Part shown: piece by piece, positions 1 through 11,703 of the stretch
Position numbering within the stretch: position 1 is the stretch's first letter
Layout: every line of letters begins with the position of its first letter
DNA from: the human T2T-CHM13v2.0 reference genome, Homo sapiens
DNA: 64,000 nucleotides
Reading direction: 5' to 3' (one strand)
Assembly (NCBI RefSeq): GCF_009914755.1
Contig: NC_060930.1
Program-made: the position numbers and the translations under genes
The notes under the pieces: generated by a model
Databases searched by the model: none
The model's input: the letters and a program-made list of their open reading frames with translations, nothing else
Told to the model about the DNA's origin: nothing

Positions 1-624
1 AGCAGCACTATGATAGTTCCATATGGCTTTTTTGGTAATACCAGCTGCCTCATTATAAGCTGTCATTGCAAAACCTCTTGATTAAAACCCAAATATCCCA
101 TAGGTAAAACAATATTGCTTTCATTCCTTCAAAATCTACATTTGCAGTGGCAGAAATATGAGACCCATGTTTGTGTGAAGGTCATTGTGTGCAGAATGTG
201 CTGATTCCAAGCAAATGTTTGAGATTCATTTAGTAGATGTTAAAAGCTGGCCTGCTTGAAACCTGTTTTCCTCTGTATTTTTAGGGTCAATGTTTAAAAT
301 AATTTTATACTAATAGTATATTCTTTACTTTCTGCATATTCCATGTATAAATGAAAACACTAGGTCATGTGTAGATTCATCACAGAATTTTAATAGAAAA
401 TAATGTTTTCAGAGGTAGACCTCTTTGGACACTGAGTAACTGTGGGTACTTATTTTCCAAATGGCTGAGCATAATTTTTCCCCACCATATAAATCTCTAG
501 AGAAATCTTATTAAAACTTATCACACATTTTCCTGCAATCTTAAACAGGATATATGTGATACAATTAAGCCCTTTTATAATAACTCAGGGTCATCATTAT
601 GGATATCAGTTAGAATGCTGGACT

Positions 625-850
625 AGAAGCCACCATCATCTCACTTGGATCACTGCAATAGCTTCCTAACTCGTTTCCCAGCATCTACACATGCCCCATT
701 CCAATTCTTTCTCCTCCACACAGCTGCTGGAGTGACCTTTAAAATAGAGGAATCTGATCATTTCAGGAACCTGCTTTTTAAAATTTTCAGTGGCTTCCTA
801 TTTCTCTTAAGATGAAATCTAAAATTTATAATGTATCCTCTAAAGGCCTC
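625..850 (+). mobile_element. L2 LINE fragment
   Basis: caccatcatctcacttggatcactgcaatagcttcctaact...cagtggcttcctatttctcttaagatgaaatctaaa resembles the L2 3' region; boundaries approximate. Confidence 0.65.
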
Positions 851-2159
851 CACTCCACCCACCTTCCTCTAGACTCCTAAATTTGTTTCAGATCCTTTAC
901 AGGACTTTGGACCTGAAACACTAGGACCAAGCTAGTGTGGTAGAATCCAAATGCTTCACAGAATTTTCCCATCTCAATACATAAAATAATGCACAAAACA
1001 TAATTTTTTAAATCATCAACCACAAAGAAAAACACTAATAGTAACCAAAAAAGAAAACAGGCAAGGAAAGAAACAAAAGAGTCACAGTAGACAAAGTCAT
1101 GAAAATGCTCACTTAATATTTCCAAACAGAGTAAAGGAAATAGCTGCTGACTTGAGAAGAAATAAGTAAAATGGAGGATTTAGATGTGGATACCTCTATT
1201 TCTCTATTCCTTTTCCTAATTTAATTTGAAAGTGAAGATTTCCATTCTGTTTAGTTTATGCTCTTCCCCTTCCCCCCACATACAAAAAAACCCCTAAGTT
1301 TATTTTCCTAAACAAGACAAAAGGAAACAGCCATATACACTTCCCTTAAAAATGAAAGTGAAGGAAACAGAACACAAAGAACCCATCCTAGAAGAAAATA
1401 GAATTCTATAAAAAGGAAACTTCATAATTTCATTTTGCTATCAAGCAACTTAGTAGATCACAAAGAGCATCACAAAATGAGTTAAGGACAATTGCAGATC
1501 AAGAGAAAGGAGAAACAGCATCACAGAGCCATGGCACAAATCCTCACTTCAAGGCCATTGGCACTGTTTTAGTGGTTAATAAAAAAAGATTAATTATCTC
1601 TGAAAAAAAGGCAGTAGCCCCAGTCAGGGGCTTATAGATAAAATCCCCATCTCCCTGGGATGGGGCACATGGGGGAAGGGGCAGCTGTGGATGCAGCTTC
1701 AGCAGACTTAAACGTTCTTGCCTGCCAGCTCTAAAGAGAGCAGCAGATCTCCCAGCCTAGCATTCGAGCTCTGTTAAGGGACTGCCTCCTCAAGTGGGTC
1801 CCTGACCACCATGTCTCCTGACTGGGAGACACCTCCCAGCAGGGGCCGACAGACATCTCATACAGGAGAGCTCCGGCTGGCATCTGGTGGGTGCCCCTCT
1901 GGGACGAAGCTTCCAGAGGAAGGAACAGGGCACAATCTTTGCTGTTCTGCAGCCTCCACTGGTGATACACAGGCAGACAGGGTCTGGAGTGGACCTCCAA
2001 CAAACTCCAGCAGACCTGCAGCAGAAGGGTCTAACTGTCAGAAGGAAAATTAACAAACAGAAAGGAATACCTTCAACATCAATAAAAAGGAGATCCACTC
2101 AGAAACCCCATGCAAAGTTCACCAACATCAAAGACCAAAGGTAGATAAATCACAAAGAC

Positions 2160-3174
2160 TGGGAGAAACCAGCGCAAAAAGGCTGAAAATTCCAAAAATC
2201 AGAATATCTCTTCTCCTCCAAAGGATCACAACTCCTCACCAGCAAGGGAATAAAACCGGATGGAGAATGAGTTTGACAAATTGCCAGAAGTAGGCTTCAG
2301 AAGGTGGATAATAACAACCTCCTCCGAGCTAAAGGAGCATGTTCTAACCCAATGCAAGGAAGCTAAGAACCTTGAAAAAAAGTTAGAGGAAATGCTAACT
2401 AGAATAACCAGTTTAGAGAACATAAATGACCTGATGGAACTGAATAACACAGCAAGAGAACTTCATGAAGCATACACAAGTATCTGTAGTCGAATTGACA
2501 AGCGGAAGAACAGATATCAGAGATTGAAGATTAACTTAATGAAATAAAGCAAGAAGACGAGATTAGAGAAAAAAGAATGAAAAGGAATGAACAAAGCCTC
2601 CAAGAAATAGGGGACTATGTGAAAAGACCAAACCTATGTTTGATTCTCCCTGAAAGTGACCGGGAGAATGGAACTAAGTTGGAAAACACTTCAGGATATA
2701 ATCCAGGAGAACTTCCCCAACCTAGCAAGACAGGCCAGCATTCAAATTCAGGAAATGCAGAGAACACCACAAAGATACTCCTCAAGAAGAACAACCCCAA
2801 GACACATAATTGTCAGATTCATCAAGGTTGAAATGAAGGAAAAAATGTTAAGGGCAGCCAGAGAGAAAGGTCAGGTTACCCACAAAGGGAAACCCATCAG
2901 ACTAACAGCGGATCTCTCTGCAGAAACCCTACAAGCCAGAATAGAGTGGGAGCCAATATACAACATTCTTAAAGAAAAGAATTTTCAACCCAGAATTTCA
3001 TATGCAGCCAAACTAACCTTCATAAGCGAAGGAGAAATAAAATCCTTTACAGACAAGCAAATGCTGAGAGATTTTGTCACCACTAGGCCTGCCTTACAAG
3101 AGCTCCTAATGGAGGCACTAAATATGGAAAGGAACAACTGGTACCAGCAACTGCAAAAACATATCAAATTCTAA
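2160..3174 (+). pseudogene. L1 ORF1 remnant (frameshifted)
   Basis: ORF1 homology is split across ORF-track entries 2260-2547, 2577-2831 and 2656-3174. Confidence 0.85.
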
Positions 3175-3234
3175 AGACTGTCGACACTATAAAGAAATTG
3201 CATCAACTAATGGGCAAAATAACCAGCTAGCATC

Positions 3235-6200
3235 ATAAGGACAGGGTCAGATTCACACATAACAATATTAACTTGAAATGTAAAGAGGCTAAATGCCCCA
3301 GTTAAAAGACATAGACTGGCAAATTGGATGAAGAGTCAAGACCCATCGGTGTGCTGTATTCAGGAGACCATTTCACAGGCAAAGACACACATAGGCTCAA
3401 AATAAAGGGATGGAGGAATATTTACCAAGCAAACAGAAAGCAAAAAAAAAAAAAAAAAAAAAAAAGCAGGGATTGCAATCCTATTCTCTGATAAAACAGA
3501 CTTAAAACCAACAAAGATCAAAAGAGAGACGGGCATTACATAATGGTAAAGGGATCAATGCAAAAAGAAGAGCTAACTATCCTAAATATATATACACCCA
3601 ATACAGGAGTGCCCAGATTCATAAAGCGAGTTCTTAGAGATGTACAAAGAGACGTAGACACCCGCACAATAATAGTGGGAGACTTTAACACCCCACTGTC
3701 AATATTAGATCAACGAGACAGAAAATTAACAAGGATATTCTGGACTTCAACTCAGCTCTGGACCAAGTGGACCTAATAGACATCTACAGAACTCTCCACC
3801 CCAAATCAACAGAATATACATTCTTCTCAGCACCACATTGCACTTATTCTAAAATTGACCACATAATTAGAAGTAAAACACTCCTCAGCATATGCAAAAG
3901 AATGGAAATCTTAACAGTCTCTCAGACCACAGTGCAATCAAATTAGAACTCAAGATTAAGAAACTCACTCAAAACTGCACAACTACATGGAAACTGAACA
4001 GTCTGCTCCTGAATGACTACAGGGTAAATAATAAAATTAAGGCAGAAATAAATAAGTTCTTGAAACCATTGAGAACAAAGACACAACGTACCAGAATCTC
4101 TGGGACATAGCCAAGGCAGTGTTTAGAGGGAAATTTATAGCCCTAAATGCCCACAAGAGAAACCAAGAAAATCTAAAGTCGACACCCTAGCATCACAATT
4201 AAAAGAACTAGAGAAGCAAGAGCACACAAATTCAAAAGCTAGCAGATGGCAAGAAATAACTAAGATCTGGGCAGAACTGAAGGAGATAGAGACACAAAAA
4301 ACCCTTCAAAAAATCAATGTATCCAGAAGCTTGTTTTTTGAAAAGATCAACAAAATTGATAGACTGCTAGCAAGACTAACAAAGAAGAAAAGAGAGAAGA
4401 ATCAAATAGATGCAATAAAAAATGATAAAGGGGATATCACCACTGATCCCACAGAAATACAAACTACCATCAGAGAATACTGTAAACACCTCTACACAAA
4501 TAAGCTAGAAAGTTTAGAAGAAATGGATACATTTCTGGACACATACACCCTCCCAAGACTAAACCAGGAAGAAGTCAAATCCCTGAATAGACTAATAACA
4601 GGTTCTGAAACTGAGGCAGTAATAGCCTATCAACCAAAAAAAAAAAGCCCAGAACCAGACAGATTCACAGACAAATTCCACCAGAGGTACAAAGCAGAGC
4701 CGGTACCATTCTTTCTGAAACTATTCTAAACAACAGAAAAAGAGGGAGTCCTCTCTAACTCATTTTATGAGGCCAGCATCATCCTGATTCTGAAACCTGG
4801 CAGAGACACAACAAAAAAAGAAAATTTCTGGCCAATATCCCTGGTGAACATCGATGCAAAAAATCCTCAATAAAATACTGGCAAACTGAATCCAGCAGCA
4901 CATCAAAAAGCTTATCTACCATGATCAAGTCAGCTTCATCCCTGGGATGCAAAGCTGGTTCAACATATGCAAATCAATAAACATAATCCAGTGCATAAAC
5001 AGAACCAATGACAAAAACCACATGATTATCTCAATAGATGCAGAAAAGGCCTTCAACAAAATTCAACATCCCTTCATGCTAAAAACTCTCAATAAACTAG
5101 GTATTGATGGCACATATCTCAAAATAGTAAGAGCTATTTTTTGACAAACCCACAGCCAATATCATACTGAATGGGCAAAAACTGGAAGCATTCCCTTTGA
5201 AAACTGGCACAAGACAAGGATGCCCTCTCTCACCACTCCTATTCAACACAACATTGGAAGTTCTAGCCAGGGCAATCAGGCAAGAGAAAGAAATAAAGGG
5301 TATTCAAATAGGAAGAGAGGGAGTCAAATTGTCTCTGTTTGCAGATGACATGATTTTACATTTAGAAAACCCCATTATCTCAGCCCAAAAACTTCACAAG
5401 CTGATCAGCAACTTCAGCAAAGTCTCAGGATACAAAATCTCTGTGCAAAATCACAAGCATTCCTATACACCACTAATAGAGAACCAAATCATGAGTGAAC
5501 TTCCATTCACAACTGCTACAAAGAGAATAAAATACCTAGCAATACAACTTCCAAGGGATGTGAAGGACCTCTTGAAGGAGAACTACAAACCACTGCTCAA
5601 GGAAATAAGAGAAGACACAAACAAATGGGAAAACATTCCATGCTCATGGATAGGAAGAATCAATATCGTGAAAATGGCCGTAATGCGCAAAGTAATTTAC
5701 AGATTCAGTGCTATCCCTATCAAGCTACCATTGACTTTCTACGCAGAATTAGAAAAAACTACTTTAAATTTCAAGTGGAACCAAAAAAGAGCCCACATAG
5801 CCAAGACAATCCTAAGCAAAAAAACAAAAAAAAAAACAACGCTAGAGGCATCACGCTACCTGACTTCAAACTATACTACAAGGCTACAGTAACCACAACA
5901 GCATGGTACTGGTACCAAAACAGATATATAGACCAATGGAACAGAACAGAGGCCTCAGAAATAATGCCACAGATCTACAACCTTCTGCTTGTTGACAAAC
6001 CTGACAAAAACAATCAATGGGGAAAAGATTCTCTATTTAATAAATAGTTTTGAAAAAACTGGCTAGCCATATGCAGAAAACTGAAACTGGACCCCTTCCT
6101 TACACCTTATACAAAAATTAACTCAAGTTGGATTAAAGACTTAAACGTAAGACCTAAAACCATAAAAACCCTAGAAGAAAACCTAGGCAAAACCAATCAG

Positions 6201-7049
6201 GACATAGGCATGGGCAAAGACTTCATGACTAAAACACCAAAAGCAACGGCAACAAAAGCCAAAATTGATAAATGAGATCTAATTAAACTAAAGAGCTTTT
6301 GCACCGCAAAAGAAACTATCATCAGAGTGAACAGGCAACCTACAGAATGGGAGAAAATTTTTGCAATCTATCCATCTGACAAAGGGCTAATATCCAGAAT
6401 CTACAAAGAACTTAAATTTACAAGAAACAAACAATCCCATCAAAAAGTGGGCATAGGATATGAACAGACACTTCGCAAAAGAAGACATTTATGTGGCCAA
6501 CAAACATATGAAAAAATGCTCATCATCACTGGTCATCAGAGAAATGCAAATCAAAACTGCAATGAGATACCATCTCATGCCAGTTAGAATGGGGGTCATT
6601 AAAAAGTCAGGAAACAACAGATGCTGGAGAGGATGTGGAGAAATAGGAATGCTTTTACACTGTTGGTGGGAGTGTAAATTAGTTCAACCATTGTGGAAGA
6701 CAGTGTGGCGATTTCTCAAGGATCTAGAACCAGAAATATCATTTGACCCAGCAATCCCATTACTGGGTTGTACCCAAAGGATTATAAATCATGCTACTGT
6801 AAAGACACATGCACACGTATGTTTATTGTGGCATTGTTCACAATAGCAAAGACTTGGAACCAACCCAAATGCCCACCAATGATAGACTGGGTAAAGAAAA
6901 TGTGGCACATATACAACATGGAATACTATGAAGCCATTAAAAAGGATGAGTTCATGTCCTTTGCAGGGACATGGATGAAGCTGGAAACCATCATTCTCAG
7001 CAAACTAACACAAGAACAGAAACCAAACACTGCATGTTCTCACTCATAA
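3235..7049 (+). pseudogene. L1 ORF2 remnant (EN/RT/Cys-rich domains; many stops and frameshifts)
   Basis: Fragments at 3543, 3892, 4331, 4947, 5197, 6327, 6460 ([18 protein letters not shown]) and 6768. Confidence 0.9.
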
Positions 7050-7275
7050 GTGGGAGTTGAACAATGAGAACACATGGACACAGGGAGGGAAATATCACAC
7101 ACCAGGGCCTGTTTGGGGGGGTTGTGCTAGGGGAGGGATGGCATTAGAAGTCCCTAATGTAGATAACAGGTTGGTGGGCGCAGCAAACCACCATGGCATG
7201 TGTATGCCTATGTAACCTGCACGTTCTGCACATGGACTCCAGAACTTTAAGTATAATTTAAAAAATATTAATTAA

Positions 7276-7633
<358 letters not shown>

Positions 7634-7939
7634 TTAAAGTTAAGTCATTTAAATGCCATTTATTAGTTAGGGCAGGGTCTTTTGAGTATCGTTTAGTGTT
7701 TGGAATTTGATTTTATCTTTCTTTTATAAACTATACCCATAATACAGCATCAGCAATTTCCAGTTTGGATTCCTTAAAGTAGAAAAGGAACTTGATATAT
7801 GCAAAGCAATAGGATCTTTCTCCCTCTCCTTCTGTGACTTTCACCTTTTTTTTAAGTGACTTGCTTTTCTTGACTCTTTAAAAACATTTTATTTAGATTT
7901 CATAGAACAATTTTTTTTAACATTCATTTTTATTTACTT

Positions 7940-8060
7940 TTCCCATGGCAACCCTATGACCTAACACTGTTATCTCCATTTCATAGATGGAGAAAATCAG
8001 ACTTTAAAAAGATTACCCTATTTTGTGCACATTGAAGTCTAATAAATGTATTGCTAACTG
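7940..8060 (-). mobile_element. MIR fragment
   Basis: caaccctatga...ttatctccatttcatagatggagaaaa MIR core. Confidence 0.6.
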
Positions 8061-8261
8061 ACAACTTGAAGCGAGGTATAGAAAATGCCAAGATATTATT
8101 ATAGCATAAGATACTAGGTTATTTTTGCATGAAATAGTACAACTATGTTTTTCTAATCTTTGTAGCCAAGTTTATCTCTAGAAATAAAATTTATAATGGA
8201 GATATCATTATCAGTATGATTTTGCATACAATCTCTTAAAACAGATTTCAGAGCAACTAAT

Positions 8262-8410
8262 GATCTAGTCAGAAGGCCTGAATTTTAATTCAGACAAAAC
8301 CAGTTACTAATTCTATGACCTTGAATAAACCATCTATTCTCCTTAGGCCTCTGTACATGGAGGAGATTGAATTTAATGGATTCCCCAAGGTCTTTCTAAT
8401 CTCTGATTCT
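8262..8410 (+). mobile_element. MIR/MIR3 fragment
   Basis: tagtcagaaggcctgaattttaattc...ctatgaccttgaataa...aaggtctttctaatctctgattct. Confidence 0.55.
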
Positions 8411-8829
8411 CTGTTTACAAACTATTTTACAAACTGTAAAGCCTTCTGATTAAAATGTATTAGACAATAAACATACTTTTTGTGAAACACATTGCAAAAT
8501 GCATAATTTATATTGGATTTCCCAGTTTTTAATGAATTGGGTGAAAATTGAATGTAATAAAAAAGTTCACAAATGATTCCATTGTTAATAAAAATTATAA
8601 AACATTTCAGAAACATTTTGAAATCAAGCAGCTAAGTTAAAAAAATGAAGCAAAGATAAAAATTTGTTCTTAATGATCTATAACTCTTAAAATCAGTCTG
8701 TATACTATCCATCTGTTACACACTGGAATTACTATAAAATTAGCCTAACATGTATTAACAACTAGCAAAAGAGAATCAGAGATTCCTAGGGTGCTTAGAT
8801 AAGTATTACCAGAAAAGACTCATGTTTCT

Positions 8830-9470
8830 GTCTGCTGGTCCGTCCACCAGTAGGGTTCATTCTAGACCATGGCAGCAACCCCTTTTTCCCTGGCCAATTC
8901 ATTTTAATCTACTATAAGATTATACATAGCTTTAATCACACCACGTCTCTTTTTAAGGGTTTTTGGTGACTCTGTGTTGCCTAGAGAATTAGGTCTTGAC
9001 CACTTACCCTGATTTTCAAGGCTCTCTCAGGCTGGCCCCTGCCTGTCTTTCCAACCTCATTCCTTATTGTTTCCTTGTATGTGCCTTTCATAGTAGGCTA
9101 TGTGAACTATTTAATATTTGCTTTCCCAGGACATTCCCTCTTTACCTTGCTCATGTGGTCCTGCTGCAAATATTGCCTTTCCCCTCATCATCCCAGCTTT
9201 TCACTCTCTCCATCTTTCCAGACGCAACTCAAATAGCACTCCTCTTACAAAGCCTTCCTTGATCTCCTCAGCCGAAATTTCTCTCTACTGTGGAGTGTAA
9301 TAGGCCTTTATCTGTGACCCTCATCAGTTCTCCATTCTTGGTAGAGGTTTTTAAGTATATGACTTACTGGGTTGGAAATTTGAGTTAGTCAAATGTATTC
9401 CTGTATGCTGAATAGTGAATAGTTTATAACACAGTCTTTTATATAGTAAGGCTTTAATTAAATATGCAAA
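8830..9470 (+). mobile_element. Degenerate L2 fragments
   Basis: ttttcaaggctctctcaggctggcccctgcctgtctttccaacctcat...aagccttccttgatct L2-like text. Confidence 0.5.
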
Positions 9471-10194
9471 ATTATCACTGGTATACACTATTTCTGGGTT
9501 CACTTCACCAAATATTTATTAGATACCTACAGTGTGCAAGTCACTTCAGTACGAAGAGTGAGACGTAAAAGGATTAGTTAATACAAGACAGATGAACAAA
9601 AGAAATGGAATAACTTCTCAGTTTCCAAAAACTTGATAAATGAAAATACCACCCAAGAAACCAACAGTCACTCACTCAAGCAAAATGATATTTTTGTTGT
9701 CAACTCCAACTGCAGAAGGCGAGAAGGCAGGGATTTGAGACTGTGGAAAGTGAAACTGAATATAAGGAGAGATTACTAGAGTGCATAATTTGAAATGATA
9801 CTCAAAATTAAAGTTTAATGATAGTATTTGAGAAAAAATAACATAAGTTATGAACCAGGCATGTTTGTATTCAGTCACAGTGAAATTTACAAGAAGAGAT
9901 TTTCTGTAAAAAGACCAAGGAAAGGCCAAGATTAGAATGAAGAATTACATTGACTTAGGTTGCTTTTTCAGTTTATATCATACTAAATGAGTGCATATGC
10001 CAGACTTACAAGTCAGCTCTAAAACACAAGTGGTATCAGGGACCAGTATCAAAATGATCAAAAATGATTTTACGATCACTTAAAAACCCACAAATATTTA
10101 CTGGCCTACAATGTGGTAGGCCTTTTGCTTGGAACTGGGGATACAATAATGAATCACACAGGTCCCTAACCTGTGCCTCACTAACATACAATGT

Positions 10195-10198
<4 letters not shown>

Positions 10199-10236
<38 letters not shown>
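10199..10236. repeat. (CA)19 microsatellite
   Basis: Perfect CA run read directly. Confidence 0.97.
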
Positions 10237-10237
<1 letters not shown>

Positions 10238-10289
10238 TTGTATTCCAAACATATTTTTATAGTTTTCTAATTTTTTGTTTTGACGTAAT

Positions 10290-10650
10290 TGTCAACCAGA
10301 ATTGGTAATGTTTTGGGTATTGCCAGAATTGAGGGCTTGGTGTAGATGGGAGGTGGCAGGTGGGAGTTGGGGGCTGGGGAGGTGAGAGAAAGGTGTCTAG
10401 TATGCCCCAAGGATGAATGGTGATACCAATCACTGAGAGCAAAGGATGGGGAGAGGGGAAAGGATACGTTTCCTGTTGGGTTTGAGCTGCCTTTGAGCCA
10501 TCTTAGATGTTGAGTAGGTGTTGGATATGGGACTGAAACTAGATAGGGAACTGGAGCCAAACACAGAGGCTCAGACTAGAAATATAAATGTGGGAGCCAT
10601 TTAGGTTTGGGTAGTGGTTGAAGCTCTCTTTGAATGAAATGGTGTAAGTA
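10290..10650 (-). mobile_element. L2 fragment (antisense)
   Basis: gggtttgagctgcctttgagccatc...agactagaaatataaatgtgggagccat L2 antisense-like text. Confidence 0.55.
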
Positions 10651-10769
10651 GCTGATTAAGTGTTAGAATGCAAACAGCTAGAATCCATGTTTCAGGTATT
10701 AAGTTTTAAACAAGTACTAAAACAGCTTTTGAAACTCATATATTTATAGCTTTGCCATGCATTAATGCA

Positions 10770-10792
10770 ATATAAATTTCCTTCCTTTACAG
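10770..10792 (+). promoter_or_regulatory. PRIM2: 3' splice acceptor of the PRIM2 last exon
   Basis: Polypyrimidine tract tttccttcctttac then AG (10791-10792) immediately before in-frame GTG GAT GAT. Confidence 0.92.
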
Positions 10793-11023
10793 GTGGATGA
10801 TTGTGGCTTTTCTTTGAATCATCCTAATCAGTTCTTTTGTGAGAGCCAACGTATTCTAAATGGTGGTAAAGACATAAAGAAGGAACCTATCCAACCAGAA
10901 ACTCCTCAACCCAAACCAAGTGTCCAGAAAACCAAGGATGCATCATCTGCTCTGGCCTCTTTAAATTCCTCTCTGGAAATGGATATGGAAGGACTAGAAG
11001 ATTACTTTAGTGAAGATTCTTAG
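10793..11023 (+). CDS. PRIM2: Terminal coding exon of DNA primase large subunit p58 (last 76 aa, phase 0)
   Basis: Translates to [76 protein letters not shown], recognised as the human PRIM2 C-terminus with the conserved HPNQF motif. The first codon is Val after the splice site, not a start codon. Confidence 0.95.
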
Positions 11024-11079
11024 GCAGTTTTATAACCCTTTTTCCTCAATAGCCTGTTTCCTGTTTTTAAGATTTTGCC

Positions 11080-11375
11080 TTTGTTGTTGAAAAAGGGTTT
11101 CACTCTGTCACCAAGGCTTAGTGCAGTGACACAATTACAGCTGATTGCAGCCTTGACCTTCCCAGCTCAAGTGATCCTCCTACCTCAGCCTCCCAAGTAG
11201 TTGGGACCACAGGTGTGCACCTCATATCCAGATAATTTTTTTCAATTTTTTTTTGTAGAGGTGGGGGGTCTCCCTATGTTGCCCAGGCAGATCTCAGACT
11301 CCTGGGCTCAAGCGATCCTCACACCTCAGCGTCCCAGAGTGCTGGGATTACAGTTGTGAGCCACTGTGCCTGGCC
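11080..11375 (-). mobile_element. AluJ (Jo-like) within the PRIM2 3' UTR
   Basis: Antisense dimeric Alu with ctcctgggctcaagcgatcctc AluJ features, ending gtgcctggcc. Confidence 0.88.
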
Positions 11376-11621
11376 TTTTTTTTTTTTTTAACCTTTTTGT
11401 TTAACTTCTCTCTTCACTGCATCCCAATCCATCTACAGGCATGCACACTTATTAGGAAAGGAGGTTTGAGGTAACAACAGAGACTTTCACTATATTTTGC
11501 TTTGACAGAAGGAAAGAGGAGGAGTTTCTATTAAAATCTGTCACTTGAGTGATGTCATTTAAGTCCTATTTTAGGAGATAAAAACAGCTTTGGGGACTGG
11601 TTAAAGTCCCCCAGAAACTAC

Positions 11622-11627
11622 AATAAA
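11622..11627 (+). terminator. PRIM2: Polyadenylation signal AATAAA (proximal)
   Basis: AATAAA followed by T-rich ttttgttttaactctt. Confidence 0.6.
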
Positions 11628-11697
11628 GAACAACTTTTGTTTTAACTCTTAATCACTTTGTAATTTTGACTCAATCCTTTTCTGGACCATTTTTGTT

Positions 11698-11703
11698 AAT
11701 AAA
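11698..11703 (+). terminator. PRIM2: Polyadenylation signal AATAAA
   Basis: AATAAA with T-rich upstream sequence and GT-rich downstream gtgtacatgacagtgtct. Confidence 0.65.

Larger units (their letters stand above)
1597..7260 (+). mobile_element. LINE-1, L1PA7/L1PA8-type, 5'-truncated by about 0.6 kb, in the last PRIM2 intron (sense)
   Basis: Partial 5' UTR, then ORF1 pieces (QDIIQENFPNLARQA, KGKPIRLTADLS), ORF2 endonuclease (TIIVGDFNTPLS, SDH), RT ([21 protein letters not shown]) and 3' UTR. TSD aaaaagattaatta (1583-1596) / aaaaatattaatta (7261-7274). Confidence 0.93.

Noticed and set aside
877-1560. A-rich block with an 82-aa minus-strand ORF
   Set aside because: Low-complexity composition, probably a very old L1-like relic; no recognisable protein or splice structure.
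11080-11375. Inverted-Alu dsRNA in the PRIM2 3' UTR
   Set aside because: There is only one Alu in the UTR; the nearest upstream Alu has the same orientation and the nearest opposite one is over 6 kb beyond it, past the poly(A) signals.
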